A stretch of DNA of 64,000 bases from an uncultured Bacillota bacterium (lineage in GTDB: Bacteria > Sysuimicrobiota > Sysuimicrobiia > Sysuimicrobiales > Segetimicrobiaceae): the NCBI GenBank assembly GCA_963804645.1, contig CAWDRG010000004.1:96001-160000 (forward strand). The letters run 5' to 3'. Of this stretch, positions 41,423 to 51,032 are shown in pieces (positions within the stretch are counted from its first letter, which is position 1; each line of letters starts with the position of its first letter). Both the position numbers and the translations under genes were made by a program. The notes under the pieces were generated by a model. It was not told the DNA's origin. It searched no databases and saw only the letters and a program-made list of their open reading frames with translations.

Positions 41423-41640
41423 GCCTGGTCCTCCCAAGCGTCCGGTATCAGACGATCCATCGCCTCGGGGCCGCGCCGTCCGGACGCGCGAGCGCCACGG
41501 CTGATTCCAGTACAACCTACGCGCACGCCCCTGTCAACGACCCGCGACCGCCGCGTCGGCAGGACTCCGAAATGGCCCGTGGAACCGTATCCACGCGGGC
41601 GAGCTGCAAGACACGGCGGCCGGGGCTGGAGGGACGCGCG

Positions 41641-43275
41641 ATGCACAGGCGTGGGACGCTGACGCGGCGGGCACTGCTCGGCGGGCTCGCCGCAGGAGCG
41701 GTGGGAGCGCGCACGGGCTGGTGGCCGTCCGAGGCCGAAGGAGCCGCACCCCAGAAACCGGTCGTCATCGCGCAGGGCACAGACCCGCCCACGCTGGATC
41801 CGCAGTTCGCCGAGTCCGGCGACCTGGCCAACCTTGAGAACGAGCTGTTCAGCCGGCTGATCGCCTATGATAGCCAGATGCGGATCAGCCCGGATCTGGC
41901 CACGTCGTTCCACGTCATGCCCGACCAAGTGACCTGGCAGTTCAAGCTGCGGCCTGGCGTCACCTTTTGGAACGGCGAGCCCGTCGACGCACGGGCCGTC
42001 AAATACACGTTCGACCGGGTCGGGGACCAAGCGCTGCGCAAGCAGGGGCTCGACGATCCGTACTACGGCCGCGTCGGGTTCGATCACCTGACCATTGTGG
42101 ACAACTACACGGTGAATTTCGTCTTGAAGGAACCGTCCATCGTGTTCCCGGTCTACACCACGTTCAACCCGATCTTGGCCCCCGGGTATTACAGCAGCCA
42201 TACGCCCGCGGAGACCGCGATCCAACCGATGGGCAGCGGCCCCTGGATGTTTGACGAGTGGGTGAAGGACGATCACCTGCGCCTGCGTGCCAACCCTCGG
42301 TACTGGCGGGGCAAACCGCAGGTCGACACGCTGATTTTCCGGATTGTGCCGGATGCGTCCACGCGGATGGCGATGCTCGAGACCAGCGAAGTGGACCTCG
42401 TCGCCGACCTCTCACCGGACGATGTTGCGCGGGTCGAGGGGCGCAGCACGCTACGGGTCAGCAAGGCGATCGGCGGACGGCGCGTCAACATCTCGATCCC
42501 GACACAGAACCCAATCTTCAAAGACCGGCGCGTGCGCCAGGCCATGAACCTCGCCGTGGACTTCGACACGATCAACAAAACGCTGCTGCGGGGCGTGGCG
42601 TTTGGTCGGATGGCGGTGCCGGTGAACGGCGTCACGTGGATCGATCCCAAGATCAAGCCGTACCCGTACGATCCGCAACGCGCCAAGGCGCTGCTCGCCG
42701 AGGCCGGCTGGAAGCCTGGGACCGCAGTCACGATCAACTCGACCGCGGGCCGGTACGTGAAGGACAAAGAACTCGCCGAGGCCGTGGCCTCGTACCTCCA
42801 GCAGGTTGGGATGGACGCCAGCGCGCAGGTGCTGGAGTACTCGGTCTTTACCGACAAGGTGCGGCAAGGACAGTTCGATATGCCGTACCTGATCGGATAC
42901 GGGTCGCGCTTCTATGGGCCGGATGACCTCAGCATCTTCATGGTGCCCGGGTTTGAGGGCATCGAGTGGATTACCAACACGGAGAACGGCCCGAAGGCGA
43001 AGCCGTTGTTCGACAAGCTCCTCGTGACGTTCGATCCGAAGCAGCAGCAGGAGCTCACGTGGGAGATCTCGCGCCTGTTTGTCGAGGAGGCGCCGTGGAT
43101 CTTTCTGTGGGACCAGGTGGCGCTGTTCGGCGTCAACCGCCGGATCGACTACCAGGCCGTGGGGAATGGCGAGATCGACTGCTGGCTGACCTGGGGGACG
43201 GGACGTCCGGATTATCGGGTGATGGTACGGGGCGCTGTGCGCCCCGCCGCCGGGGCTAGGATGCGCGACGCGTGA
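41641..43275 (+). CDS. ABC transporter substrate-binding protein (family 5), Tat-type signal
   Basis: LTRRALL twin-arginine motif, TLDP, FKLRPGV.F.NG, GSGPW, VRQAMN.AVD. Confidence 0.92.
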   Translation: MHRRGTLTRRALLGGLAAGAVGARTGWWPSEAEGAAPQKPVVIAQGTDPPTLDPQFAESGDLANLENELFSRLIAYDSQMRISPDLATSFHVMPDQVTWQFKLRPGVTFWNGEPVDARAVKYTFDRVGDQALRKQGLDDPYYGRVGFDHLTIVDNYTVNFVLKEPSIVFPVYTTFNPILAPGYYSSHTPAETAIQPMGSGPWMFDEWVKDDHLRLRANPRYWRGKPQVDTLIFRIVPDASTRMAMLETSEVDLVADLSPDDVARVEGRSTLRVSKAIGGRRVNISIPTQNPIFKDRRVRQAMNLAVDFDTINKTLLRGVAFGRMAVPVNGVTWIDPKIKPYPYDPQRAKALLAEAGWKPGTAVTINSTAGRYVKDKELAEAVASYLQQVGMDASAQVLEYSVFTDKVRQGQFDMPYLIGYGSRFYGPDDLSIFMVPGFEGIEWITNTENGPKAKPLFDKLLVTFDPKQQQELTWEISRLFVEEAPWIFLWDQVALFGVNRRIDYQAVGNGEIDCWLTWGTGRPDYRVMVRGAVRPAAGARMRDA

Positions 43276-44189
43276 CCGGCTACATTGCACGGCGCCTCGT
43301 CCAAACGGTTATTGTCCTCTGGGGCGTGTCGCTCGTGTCGTTCGCCGTCATCTTCCTGGCGGGCGATCCCGCGTTGACGATGGTGGGCGAGGACTGGACC
43401 CCCGCGATGATCCAGGCCTTCCGGCACGACATGGGATTCGATCGCCCCTGGTACGTGCAGTACGGCGCCTTTCTCTCGCACGCCGTCCGCGGAGACTTCG
43501 GGACTTCGCTGCGGCAGCACCAGCCGGCGTTGCGGCTGGTCGCCCAGCGCCTCCCGGCGACGATTGAGCTCGCCGTTGCGGCAACGTGCCTTTCCGTGGT
43601 CATCTCGTTCCCGGTCGGCGTCCTGTCGGCGACCCGCCGCAACTCGTGGTTGGATAACTTCGTGATGCTCGGGGCCCTGATCGGCCAGTCGCTGCCGACG
43701 TTCTACCTCGGGCTCATGCTCATTCTTATTTTCAGCGTGGGACTCGGATGGACGCCGGTTGCGGGGCAGGGCGGGGTGTCGCATCTCATCCTGCCCGCGG
43801 TCACGCTCAGCGCCTTCACGATGGCCCGGAACGCGCGCCTCATCCGGTCGAGTCTCCTGGAAGTGTTGCGCCAGCCGTACATTGCCACCGCGCGGGCGAA
43901 GGGACTCGTGGAGCGCGCGGTCGTGGCCCGGCACGCGATGCGGAACGCCCTGATCCCGGTGATCACCCTGATCGGCGTGGAGTTCGGCGCGCTCCTCGGC
44001 GGGGCCGTGATCACGGAGACGATCTTCGCGTGGCCCGGCGTCGGACGGCTCGTCGTGCAGGCGATCTATGGCCGTGATATCCCGCTGGTGCAGACCGCGG
44101 TCATCGTGCTCGCCACGATGTTTGTGTTCGTGAATCTCGCGGTCGATCTGCTCTATGCTGCGCTGAATCCTCAGATCCGCCTTGGTTGA
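43272..44189 (+). CDS. ABC transporter permease (DppB-like)
   Basis: GDFG.S, TARAKGL, ETIFAWPG.G. Confidence 0.93.
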   Translation: MTGYIARRLVQTVIVLWGVSLVSFAVIFLAGDPALTMVGEDWTPAMIQAFRHDMGFDRPWYVQYGAFLSHAVRGDFGTSLRQHQPALRLVAQRLPATIELAVAATCLSVVISFPVGVLSATRRNSWLDNFVMLGALIGQSLPTFYLGLMLILIFSVGLGWTPVAGQGGVSHLILPAVTLSAFTMARNARLIRSSLLEVLRQPYIATARAKGLVERAVVARHAMRNALIPVITLIGVEFGALLGGAVITETIFAWPGVGRLVVQAIYGRDIPLVQTAVIVLATMFVFVNLAVDLLYAALNPQIRLG

Positions 44190-45063
44190 CGCCATCCCGC
44201 CACGGTCGCCCCGCGGGAGCCGCGCATGGCGGAGTCTCCGGCGCGCCCGGCTCGCGATGGCCGGGGTGGTGATTCTCGTCGTGGTGTTCGGCGCGGCGGT
44301 GTTAGCTCCGGCCATCGCGCCGCGCCGGCCGACCGACGCGCAGTTGATCGATCGTCTGAAACCGCCGGGATCGCGGGACACGGCCGGCCGTGTGTACTAT
44401 CTGGGCACCGATTCGCTCGGCCGGGACGAGCTCAGCCGACTCCTGTTTGGGGCTCGGATCTCGTTGCTGGTCGGCGTAAGCGCGGTCGTGATCGGCGGCG
44501 TGCTAGGCGTGGCGCTCGGCGTGTGCGCCGGGTACTATGGCCGCTGGGCCGATGACCTGATCATGCGGCTCGGGGACATTCAGCTGGCGTTCCCCAGCAT
44601 TCTCTTGTACATTGCCGTGCTGGCGGTCCTGGGGCCTGGCTTGCTCAAGGTGATCGCGATCCTCGGCGTCACGGGTTGGGCCACGTTCGGCCGCGTGACG
44701 CGCGCGCAGGTACTGGCCGTCCGCGAACTCGAGTTCGTCGGCGCGGCCCGCGCGGCCGGTTGCGGCGACGCACGCACCATCGCGCGGCACATCCTGCCGA
44801 ATATTCTCGCGCCGATCATCGTTCTGGGCAGCTTCGCCGTGGCTGCGAACATCATTGCCGAGTCCTCGCTGAGCTTTCTGGGGCTCGGCGTGCCGCCGGC
44901 CATTCCCTCTTGGGGCACGATGCTGTCGGATTCCCAGCAGTATCTCCAGGACGCGTGGTGGCCGGCCGCGTTGCCGGGGCTTGCGATCACGCTCACGGTG
45001 CTCGCCATCAATGCCGTGGGTGACTGGCTACGCGACTACCTGGACCCCGCCCTGCGGGAGTAG
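44182..45063 (+). CDS. ABC transporter permease (DppC-like)
   Basis: LGTD.LGRD, EFV.AARA.G, LSFLGLG, GD.LRD.LDP. Confidence 0.93.
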   Translation: MVDAIPPRSPRGSRAWRSLRRARLAMAGVVILVVVFGAAVLAPAIAPRRPTDAQLIDRLKPPGSRDTAGRVYYLGTDSLGRDELSRLLFGARISLLVGVSAVVIGGVLGVALGVCAGYYGRWADDLIMRLGDIQLAFPSILLYIAVLAVLGPGLLKVIAILGVTGWATFGRVTRAQVLAVRELEFVGAARAAGCGDARTIARHILPNILAPIIVLGSFAVAANIIAESSLSFLGLGVPPAIPSWGTMLSDSQQYLQDAWWPAALPGLAITLTVLAINAVGDWLRDYLDPALRE

Positions 45064-45305
45064 CCGAGCCCGCTTGAGACTCGACGGATGCGCCTCGGCG
45101 GGCGCGTAACAAGGACCCAGCGGCGCCGACGAGTTTCCGGGGTAGGGCCGAGGACTTGGACATCCGGTGCCCCTCCGAGTTCAAGCTGGTCCGCGACTGG
45201 AGCTGCTCGAGCGGATGCGCGAGATGGGGCCGGCCCGGTTTCCGTGGAATGACCGGCTGGACCTGTTTTCCAGGGCTGGACGGGAGTAGATGCTAGGAGG
45301 AATCT

Positions 45306-45331
45306 TGGTCGGGGAGAGGGGACTTGAACCC
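45306..45331 (-). other. tRNA-Pro 3' fragment (att-site scar)
   Basis: Revcomp GGGTTCAAGTCCCCTCTCCCCGACCA: T loop, 3' acceptor strand, G72/A73 Pro identity, CCA; rest of the tRNA absent. Confidence 0.65.
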
Positions 45332-45563
45332 GCGCTTTCCCGTGAAGAAACGCCAGTAATTGCAAGGGTTCTAGCGCACCTGGTCCGTCAACTGGCACGC
45401 CAGCGTCACGTTGCGCGCGGCGGCGAGTCGCGTTGTGGCAGACGAACGCGTCGCCAGCGGCACGTGGTAGATCAGACGATAGCGCGGTGCTGAGCGCAGC
45501 GACGGTACGCAGTGAGACTCAGGAGCCGCACCGCTTCGTCGAACGGACACGGCGCCGGGGAGG

Positions 45564-45857
45564 CTAACGTCTTCTTTTCTGTTTCATCTCCTCCCAGCGA
45601 AGCTCCGCCTCTGCGATGAGGGTTTCGCTGATATAGAGGTAAATGCCGCAGGGAGACGCGGATTCCTCAAGAGCGGCGTCAAGTTCTGCAACGGTTCGGA
45701 CTATGCGGCGTTCACTTGCGCCGGTGCGCATGAGCCAACCGACTTCGGCGTCGTTTCGATACTGAATGTTTCTCGGTTCCCAGGGATCCCAATCGGAGAA
45801 GTCGATGAGGTGCAGGCTGCCAGCAAGGGCTGTGGCCCTGAAAAATTGTTCTGCCAT
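45564..45857 (-). CDS. hypothetical protein (97 aa, lower GC)
   Basis: SD GGGAG 7 nt before ATG; protein-like composition; no recognised family. Confidence 0.55.
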   Translation of the reverse strand: MAEQFFRATALAGSLHLIDFSDWDPWEPRNIQYRNDAEVGWLMRTGASERRIVRTVAELDAALEESASPCGIYLYISETLIAEAELRWEEMKQKRRR

Positions 45858-46037
45858 CGATTATCTCCCGATAACTCTTTGGCGGGTTGGGAACGTTCTC
45901 CTGGTTGGTCCCGGTTTCGCGGAGATAGCGCAGCGACGACGCAAGCCGCGAAGAGGGAGGACCATGGCGCGATGCAAGCAGAGGCGCACCATCGGGGAGG
46001 GAATTCTACAAGGTTTGACCAGACTGGGCCCTGACCG

Positions 46038-46087
46038 GCTGCCTTCTAAGCAGCGGGTCAGGGGTTCGAATCCCTCCGGGCGCGCCA
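46038..46087 (+). other. tRNA-Arg(TCT) 3' half (att-site fragment)
   Basis: GCTGC-CT-TCT-AA-GCAGC anticodon arm, GGTTCGAATCC T arm, CGGGCGCGCCA end; no D arm or 5' acceptor strand upstream. Confidence 0.8.
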
Positions 46088-46246
46088 CACAGAATCGCTT
46101 GAAACACCTGCGCTATATAGCTCCCAGCTTGATTATCAGCTCGATGGACCCGGTCCGGTCCGAGCCCGTCCGGATACGTGTAGGGCGGCCAAGCGATGCC
46201 TAAATAGGACGAAAAATAGGGCGAAAAAATCTGCCTCCGGCACGTG

Positions 46247-46547
46247 TTGTCCGGCGTCTTGAGGAGGTGACTCACAGGACCGAAGCCCGGGCGTACAAGT
46301 CTTGGAGGCCCGGCAGCGATGCCGAGGTCGGTGGCCCCGAAGGCGAGCGATGGATGGAGCCGCAACATTACGGAATCACTGCAGCGTCGAAATGGTGACC
46401 CACTCAGAGCTCCGGCAACGGAGCGCTCAGCGCCACAGTGGGGATGAGGGTGCCAAGTCTGTTTACGGAGGACGATGGCCAGTCCGAGGGAAGCATAGGG
46501 TACCAATGACGGCGACGACAACACAACGCGCCCGAGGGAAGGCTTCC
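46247..46547 (+). ncRNA. degenerate, internally deleted copy of the group II intron at 62167-62962
   Basis: 46247-46480 aligns by eye with 62241-62476; 46502-46547 resembles 62658-62700. Confidence 0.75.
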
Positions 46548-46874
46548 TACGAACATGGGAACGCTGCCGTCCAACGGTGAAATCCGAGATCCCCCGGCAT
46601 AGGCGCCGCCTCTGCGAGGTCGATCGCAGTCGGCATGGTCGTGACCGACGAACCCGGATCTGCGTCCCAGGCCGGTTCGGCATGCGCGTCGAAGATCTCC
46701 TAGTTCTTGCGCAGGGTCCGTGCACGCATTCTGCGCCCGGGCTTAGCTCTGACACTGAGTCCGATGTCAGACGCCGTTCCGTCACGGCTCCGCCGTACGT
46801 TCGACAAGCTCCATCACGCCATTGACGAGTGGTGCGCCCAGGTGGGTAATATCGCCTAAGAAGCTTCATTCATT

Positions 46875-46889
46875 TGGCAACGAAATTGC
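46875..46889 (+). promoter_or_regulatory. sigma54 (-24/-12) promoter candidate
   Basis: TGGCAACGAAATTGC (GG-N10-GC) about 100 nt upstream of the hydantoinase operon. Confidence 0.6.
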
Positions 46890-46991
46890 CGGACAAGCTG
46901 TCTAGGGGGCACGGACGGCGGCGCACGCCGGATCTCAGCGGCCGGCCACGACCGCGTCGACGTCGCGTCGCGAGGGGAGGGATCGGTCATC

Positions 46992-49055
46992 GTGTCGTTT
47001 GAACGAGACGGGTGCCGGATCGCGGTCGACGTGGGAGGTACGTTCACCGATCTCGTCCTGGCACGCGATCGGACCGGAGAAATCCACATCGCGAAGGTGC
47101 GGACCACGCCCGCGGATCCCGCCGAGGGGCTGATCCTCGGCGTGCGGCGCCTGCTCGCGGAGGCGCACGCGGATCCCCGCGACGTCACGCACCTGCTGTT
47201 CGCCAGCACCGTCGCGACCAACGCGGTGCTGCAGTTGAGCGGTGCCCGGATCGGCCTGCTCGTGACGAAGGGGTTCCGGCACATCCTTGAGATCGGCCGC
47301 GCGAACATCCCGGGGCGTCTCACGAACGAACTGACCTACCGACGCCCGGAGCGGCTGGTCCCGTTGGAGCGCATCCAAGAGGTCGATGAGCGCTGCCTCG
47401 CGGACGGGAGTGTCCTCCGGCCGCTGGACGAACGCGCGGCACGCGATGCCATCCGCGCGCTCGTGGTTGCGGACGTGGAGTGCATCGCCGTCTCGCTCCT
47501 CCACTCGTACGTCAATCCCGTCCACGAGCGACGGATCCGCGACCTCGCAGCAGAGCTCGCGCCGCACACGCCGGTAACGCTCTCGTCCGACGTCCTCCCA
47601 GAGTACCGTGAGTACGAGCGTACGATGACGACGGTGCTGAACGCGTATGTGATGCCAGTGATGGCACGTGCCGTGCGCGGCATCGAGTGGCGGCTCCGAG
47701 AGGACGGGCTCGCGCCCGCGCTTGCAGTCGTGCGCTCCGACGGTGGGCTCATGAGCGCGGACGCCGTCGTGCGCCAGCCCGTCAATACCGTGCTGTCGGG
47801 CCCCGCCGCCGGCGTCGGTGGCGCCGCGTTCGTCGCGCGGCTCGCGGGATACCCGAACGCGATCTCGCTCGACATGGGCGGCACGTCGACGGACGTGTCG
47901 CTCGCGGCCGGCGGGACGGCGCGCCTCCGCGCCGAGGCGTCGGTCGGGGAGTACCCGGTCAAGGTGCCGATCACGGACGTCGTGACGATCGGCGCTGGCG
48001 GCGGGTCGATCGCCCACGTGTCGTCGACGGGCGCGCTGCACGTGGGACCGCGCAGCGCGGGGGCGGAACCCGGTCCGGTCTGCTACGACCGGGGCGGCAC
48101 CGAGGTGACGGTAACGGACGCGAACTTGGTGCTTGGGCGCCTCCCCGTGTCGCTCGTCGACGGGACAGTGGCGCTGAACATCGATCGCGCCCACGCCGCG
48201 CTCGCCGCGCTCGCCCGACGCATCGGGATGGATCCCGTGGCCTGCGCTGCGGGGATCCTCCGCATCGCGAACGAGAAGATGCTCGGGGCGCTCCGGGTCG
48301 TCTCGGTGCAGCGCGGCTACGATCCCCGCGATTTCGTCCTGCTCCCGTTCGGCGGGGCGGGCCCGATGCACTCCGGCGATCTCTGCCGCCTACTCGGGAT
48401 CCGCACGGCGGTGATCCCCGCGTCGCCCGGGGTGCTGTCCGCGATGGGGGCCATGGTCTCGGACATCGCGTGCGTGTTCGGCCGGACGCGCATCGAGGCG
48501 GCGGCGCAGCTCACCTTCGATGAGGTCAACGATGTGCTGGCCGCGCTTGCGACCGAGGCCCGGACGTGGCTCGACGCCGAGCGGGTGCCGCCTAGGGATC
48601 AGGCGCTCCTCTCGACCGCGGACCTGCGGTATATCGGGCAGGCGAGCGAAGTCGCCGTGTCCGTGACGACGCCGCTGACGCCCGAGGCGTTGGCGACCGC
48701 GCTGGAGGCATTTCACGCCGAGCACCGGCGCCTCTACGGGTTCGACTGGCGCGCTCAGGTGCCGGTCGAGATGGTCGCACTCAAGGTCACCGGCCGCGGG
48801 CGTGTGGCGCCGCCGCGCCCCGCGGTGCCGGACCGGGAGGCCGGGGAAGCCGAGGCGGCGCGGACCGGGACCCAGTCCGTGTACTTCGATGGCGGCTTCG
48901 TGGAGACGCCGTGGTACCAGCGACGCCGGCTTGCGCCGGGCGCGTCCGTCGCGGGACCGGCGGTCGTCGAGCAACTAGACGCGACCACGGTGATCCTGCC
49001 CGGGCAGGTCGCGCGCGTCGACCGGCACCTCAATCTCATCGTGGAGGAGCGCTAG
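46992..49055 (+). CDS. hydantoinase/5-oxoprolinase A-type subunit
   Basis: DVGGTFTD, STVATNA, SGPAAG, DMGGTSTD, GAGGGS, FGGAG.MH. Confidence 0.93.
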   Translation: MSFERDGCRIAVDVGGTFTDLVLARDRTGEIHIAKVRTTPADPAEGLILGVRRLLAEAHADPRDVTHLLFASTVATNAVLQLSGARIGLLVTKGFRHILEIGRANIPGRLTNELTYRRPERLVPLERIQEVDERCLADGSVLRPLDERAARDAIRALVVADVECIAVSLLHSYVNPVHERRIRDLAAELAPHTPVTLSSDVLPEYREYERTMTTVLNAYVMPVMARAVRGIEWRLREDGLAPALAVVRSDGGLMSADAVVRQPVNTVLSGPAAGVGGAAFVARLAGYPNAISLDMGGTSTDVSLAAGGTARLRAEASVGEYPVKVPITDVVTIGAGGGSIAHVSSTGALHVGPRSAGAEPGPVCYDRGGTEVTVTDANLVLGRLPVSLVDGTVALNIDRAHAALAALARRIGMDPVACAAGILRIANEKMLGALRVVSVQRGYDPRDFVLLPFGGAGPMHSGDLCRLLGIRTAVIPASPGVLSAMGAMVSDIACVFGRTRIEAAAQLTFDEVNDVLAALATEARTWLDAERVPPRDQALLSTADLRYIGQASEVAVSVTTPLTPEALATALEAFHAEHRRLYGFDWRAQVPVEMVALKVTGRGRVAPPRPAVPDREAGEAEAARTGTQSVYFDGGFVETPWYQRRRLAPGASVAGPAVVEQLDATTVILPGQVARVDRHLNLIVEER

Positions 49056-49059
49056 GGCG

Positions 49060-50886
49060 ATGGTGGACCCGATAACCCTGGAGGTCGTGGACAACGCCCT
49101 CTATTCCATGGAAAAGGAGATGGAGGCGACGATCGTCCGGACGGCGATGTCGATCGTCATCCGGGATATCTACGATTTCGGCGTCGCCACCTTCGATGCG
49201 TCGGGGCGCCTGGTCCACGGGTTGCCGATGTCGGGTACGCTCATCCGGGAGGTGTTCCCGCTCGAGCGGATCTTCGAGGGCGACGTCTTCCTGTTCAACG
49301 ACCCCTACTTGTCGCGGGGCGAGATGACCCACCTCGGGGACACGCAGCTGTCCCGGCCGGTCTTCGCGCAGGGGAAGCTCATCGCGTTCGCCGCGGTCTG
49401 GGGGCATCAGATGGACATCGGCGGCATCTCCGTGTCCGGCCTTCCGGCGACCTCACGCGAGATCTTTCACGAAGGGCTCCAGATTCCTCCGATCAAGCTC
49501 TACGAGCGTAACGTGCTGAACGAGGCGGTGCTGCAGATCATGGCCCGCAACTCGCGAACGCCTGAGATGATGATCGGGGATACGCTCGCGCTGGCGGCGG
49601 CGTGCACGATCACCGAGAAGCGCCTGTACGAGCTGATCGCGAAGTTCGGCGTGGACGTGATTCTGGAGTGCTTCAGCGTGTACGCCGATCGCGCGCGGGG
49701 GGCGATGCGCCGGCTGATCGCGGGCATGCCCGCGGGGCGCGTGGAGTTTGAGGACTATCTGGACGACGACGGCGTCCGTGAAGGGCCGGTGCGCCTGCGC
49801 GCCGCCCTCGAGAAGCGCGGCGACCGGCTGCACCTCGATTACTCAGGCACATCGGGCCAGGTCGAGGGTGCGATCAACCTGATTTTGAATCCCAACCGCA
49901 TCAAGCTTGAGATGTGGCGGTATCTGATCAACTGGGTGGGGCCGACGATCGGGATGGACGCCGAGGAGAGCCCGAACCACGGCATCTTCGACGAAATCGA
50001 CGTGACGATTCCCCATCCCAGTCTCCTCTCGCCGGCGTATCCGGCCGCGGTCGGGGCGCGCCACCTGACCGCCTCGCCCATTTACCGCGACGTGTTCCGG
50101 GGCGTGATGAGCCAGCTCTTTCCGGGACGGGTCCCGGCGTGCAGCAATGGGGTCATCCCAACCTACATGTTTCGCGGCGTGCACCCGGTGACGGGCAAAC
50201 TGTATGTGTCGATGGAGTGCATCGCCGGCGGCGGGGGCGGGCGCCCGGACGCCGACGGGCTGGACGCGCTGTGTCCCAATGCGAACCTGATCATCGCGCC
50301 CGCGGAGTTCCTGGAAACCACCTACCCGCTGCTCGTGGAAGAGACCGCGCTCCGGCGGGACACGGCCGGCCCGGGCCGCTTTCGCGGCGGTGCGGGGATC
50401 GTCAGATCGTTTGAGCTGCGCGCCCCTGAAGCCTATCTGTCATGGCTTGACGAACGTCAAACACATCCGGCGTGGGGGTTGCACGGCGGACGGCCGGGGG
50501 TGCCGGGGGACGCGTATCTGGTCCGCGCCGGGCGCACGTTCCGGCTGCCGACCAAGCACGACAACTTGCGCCTCGAGCTGGGCGATCGGATCGTCGTGCG
50601 CACGGGCGGTGGGGGTGGGTTCGGGCCGCCGTGGGAGCGTGCCGCCGGCCTCGTCGCCAGGGATGTGCTGCGCGGGTTCGTATCGGTCGGACAGGCACGG
50701 GCGGAGTACGGCGTTGTGCTCGGTGGACACCTGCCTACCGTGGACGCGGAGGGGACAGACGCACTCCGGCGCACGATGGCGGCCCGACCCTGGGCAGACG
50801 TCGACCGCGGTGTCGTCCGCACTGGGCCACCGCCCGGCCGTCTCGTGGAGGTTGGCGGCATCCCCGATGTGCCGGCCGTCCCGTGA
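49060..50886 (+). CDS. hydantoinase B/oxoprolinase subunit
   Basis: DPITLEV, NDPY...H..D, H..DIGG, EG.QIPP, G.GR.RGG.G, GGGG.G. Confidence 0.92.
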   Translation: MVDPITLEVVDNALYSMEKEMEATIVRTAMSIVIRDIYDFGVATFDASGRLVHGLPMSGTLIREVFPLERIFEGDVFLFNDPYLSRGEMTHLGDTQLSRPVFAQGKLIAFAAVWGHQMDIGGISVSGLPATSREIFHEGLQIPPIKLYERNVLNEAVLQIMARNSRTPEMMIGDTLALAAACTITEKRLYELIAKFGVDVILECFSVYADRARGAMRRLIAGMPAGRVEFEDYLDDDGVREGPVRLRAALEKRGDRLHLDYSGTSGQVEGAINLILNPNRIKLEMWRYLINWVGPTIGMDAEESPNHGIFDEIDVTIPHPSLLSPAYPAAVGARHLTASPIYRDVFRGVMSQLFPGRVPACSNGVIPTYMFRGVHPVTGKLYVSMECIAGGGGGRPDADGLDALCPNANLIIAPAEFLETTYPLLVEETALRRDTAGPGRFRGGAGIVRSFELRAPEAYLSWLDERQTHPAWGLHGGRPGVPGDAYLVRAGRTFRLPTKHDNLRLELGDRIVVRTGGGGGFGPPWERAAGLVARDVLRGFVSVGQARAEYGVVLGGHLPTVDAEGTDALRRTMAARPWADVDRGVVRTGPPPGRLVEVGGIPDVPAVP

Positions 50887-51032
50887 CGGTGCTCCCCGGG
50901 ACCGTCGTGGTCCGGACGGGCGAGGCTCGGATCCGTCCCGCCTAGGAGTTGCCTTCAAGCCCGTGGAATAAGCGGCCCCCAAGGGGTCGTCCGTCCGGTC
51001 GGCCACGGTTATCGCGCAGGGGAGGACATCCA

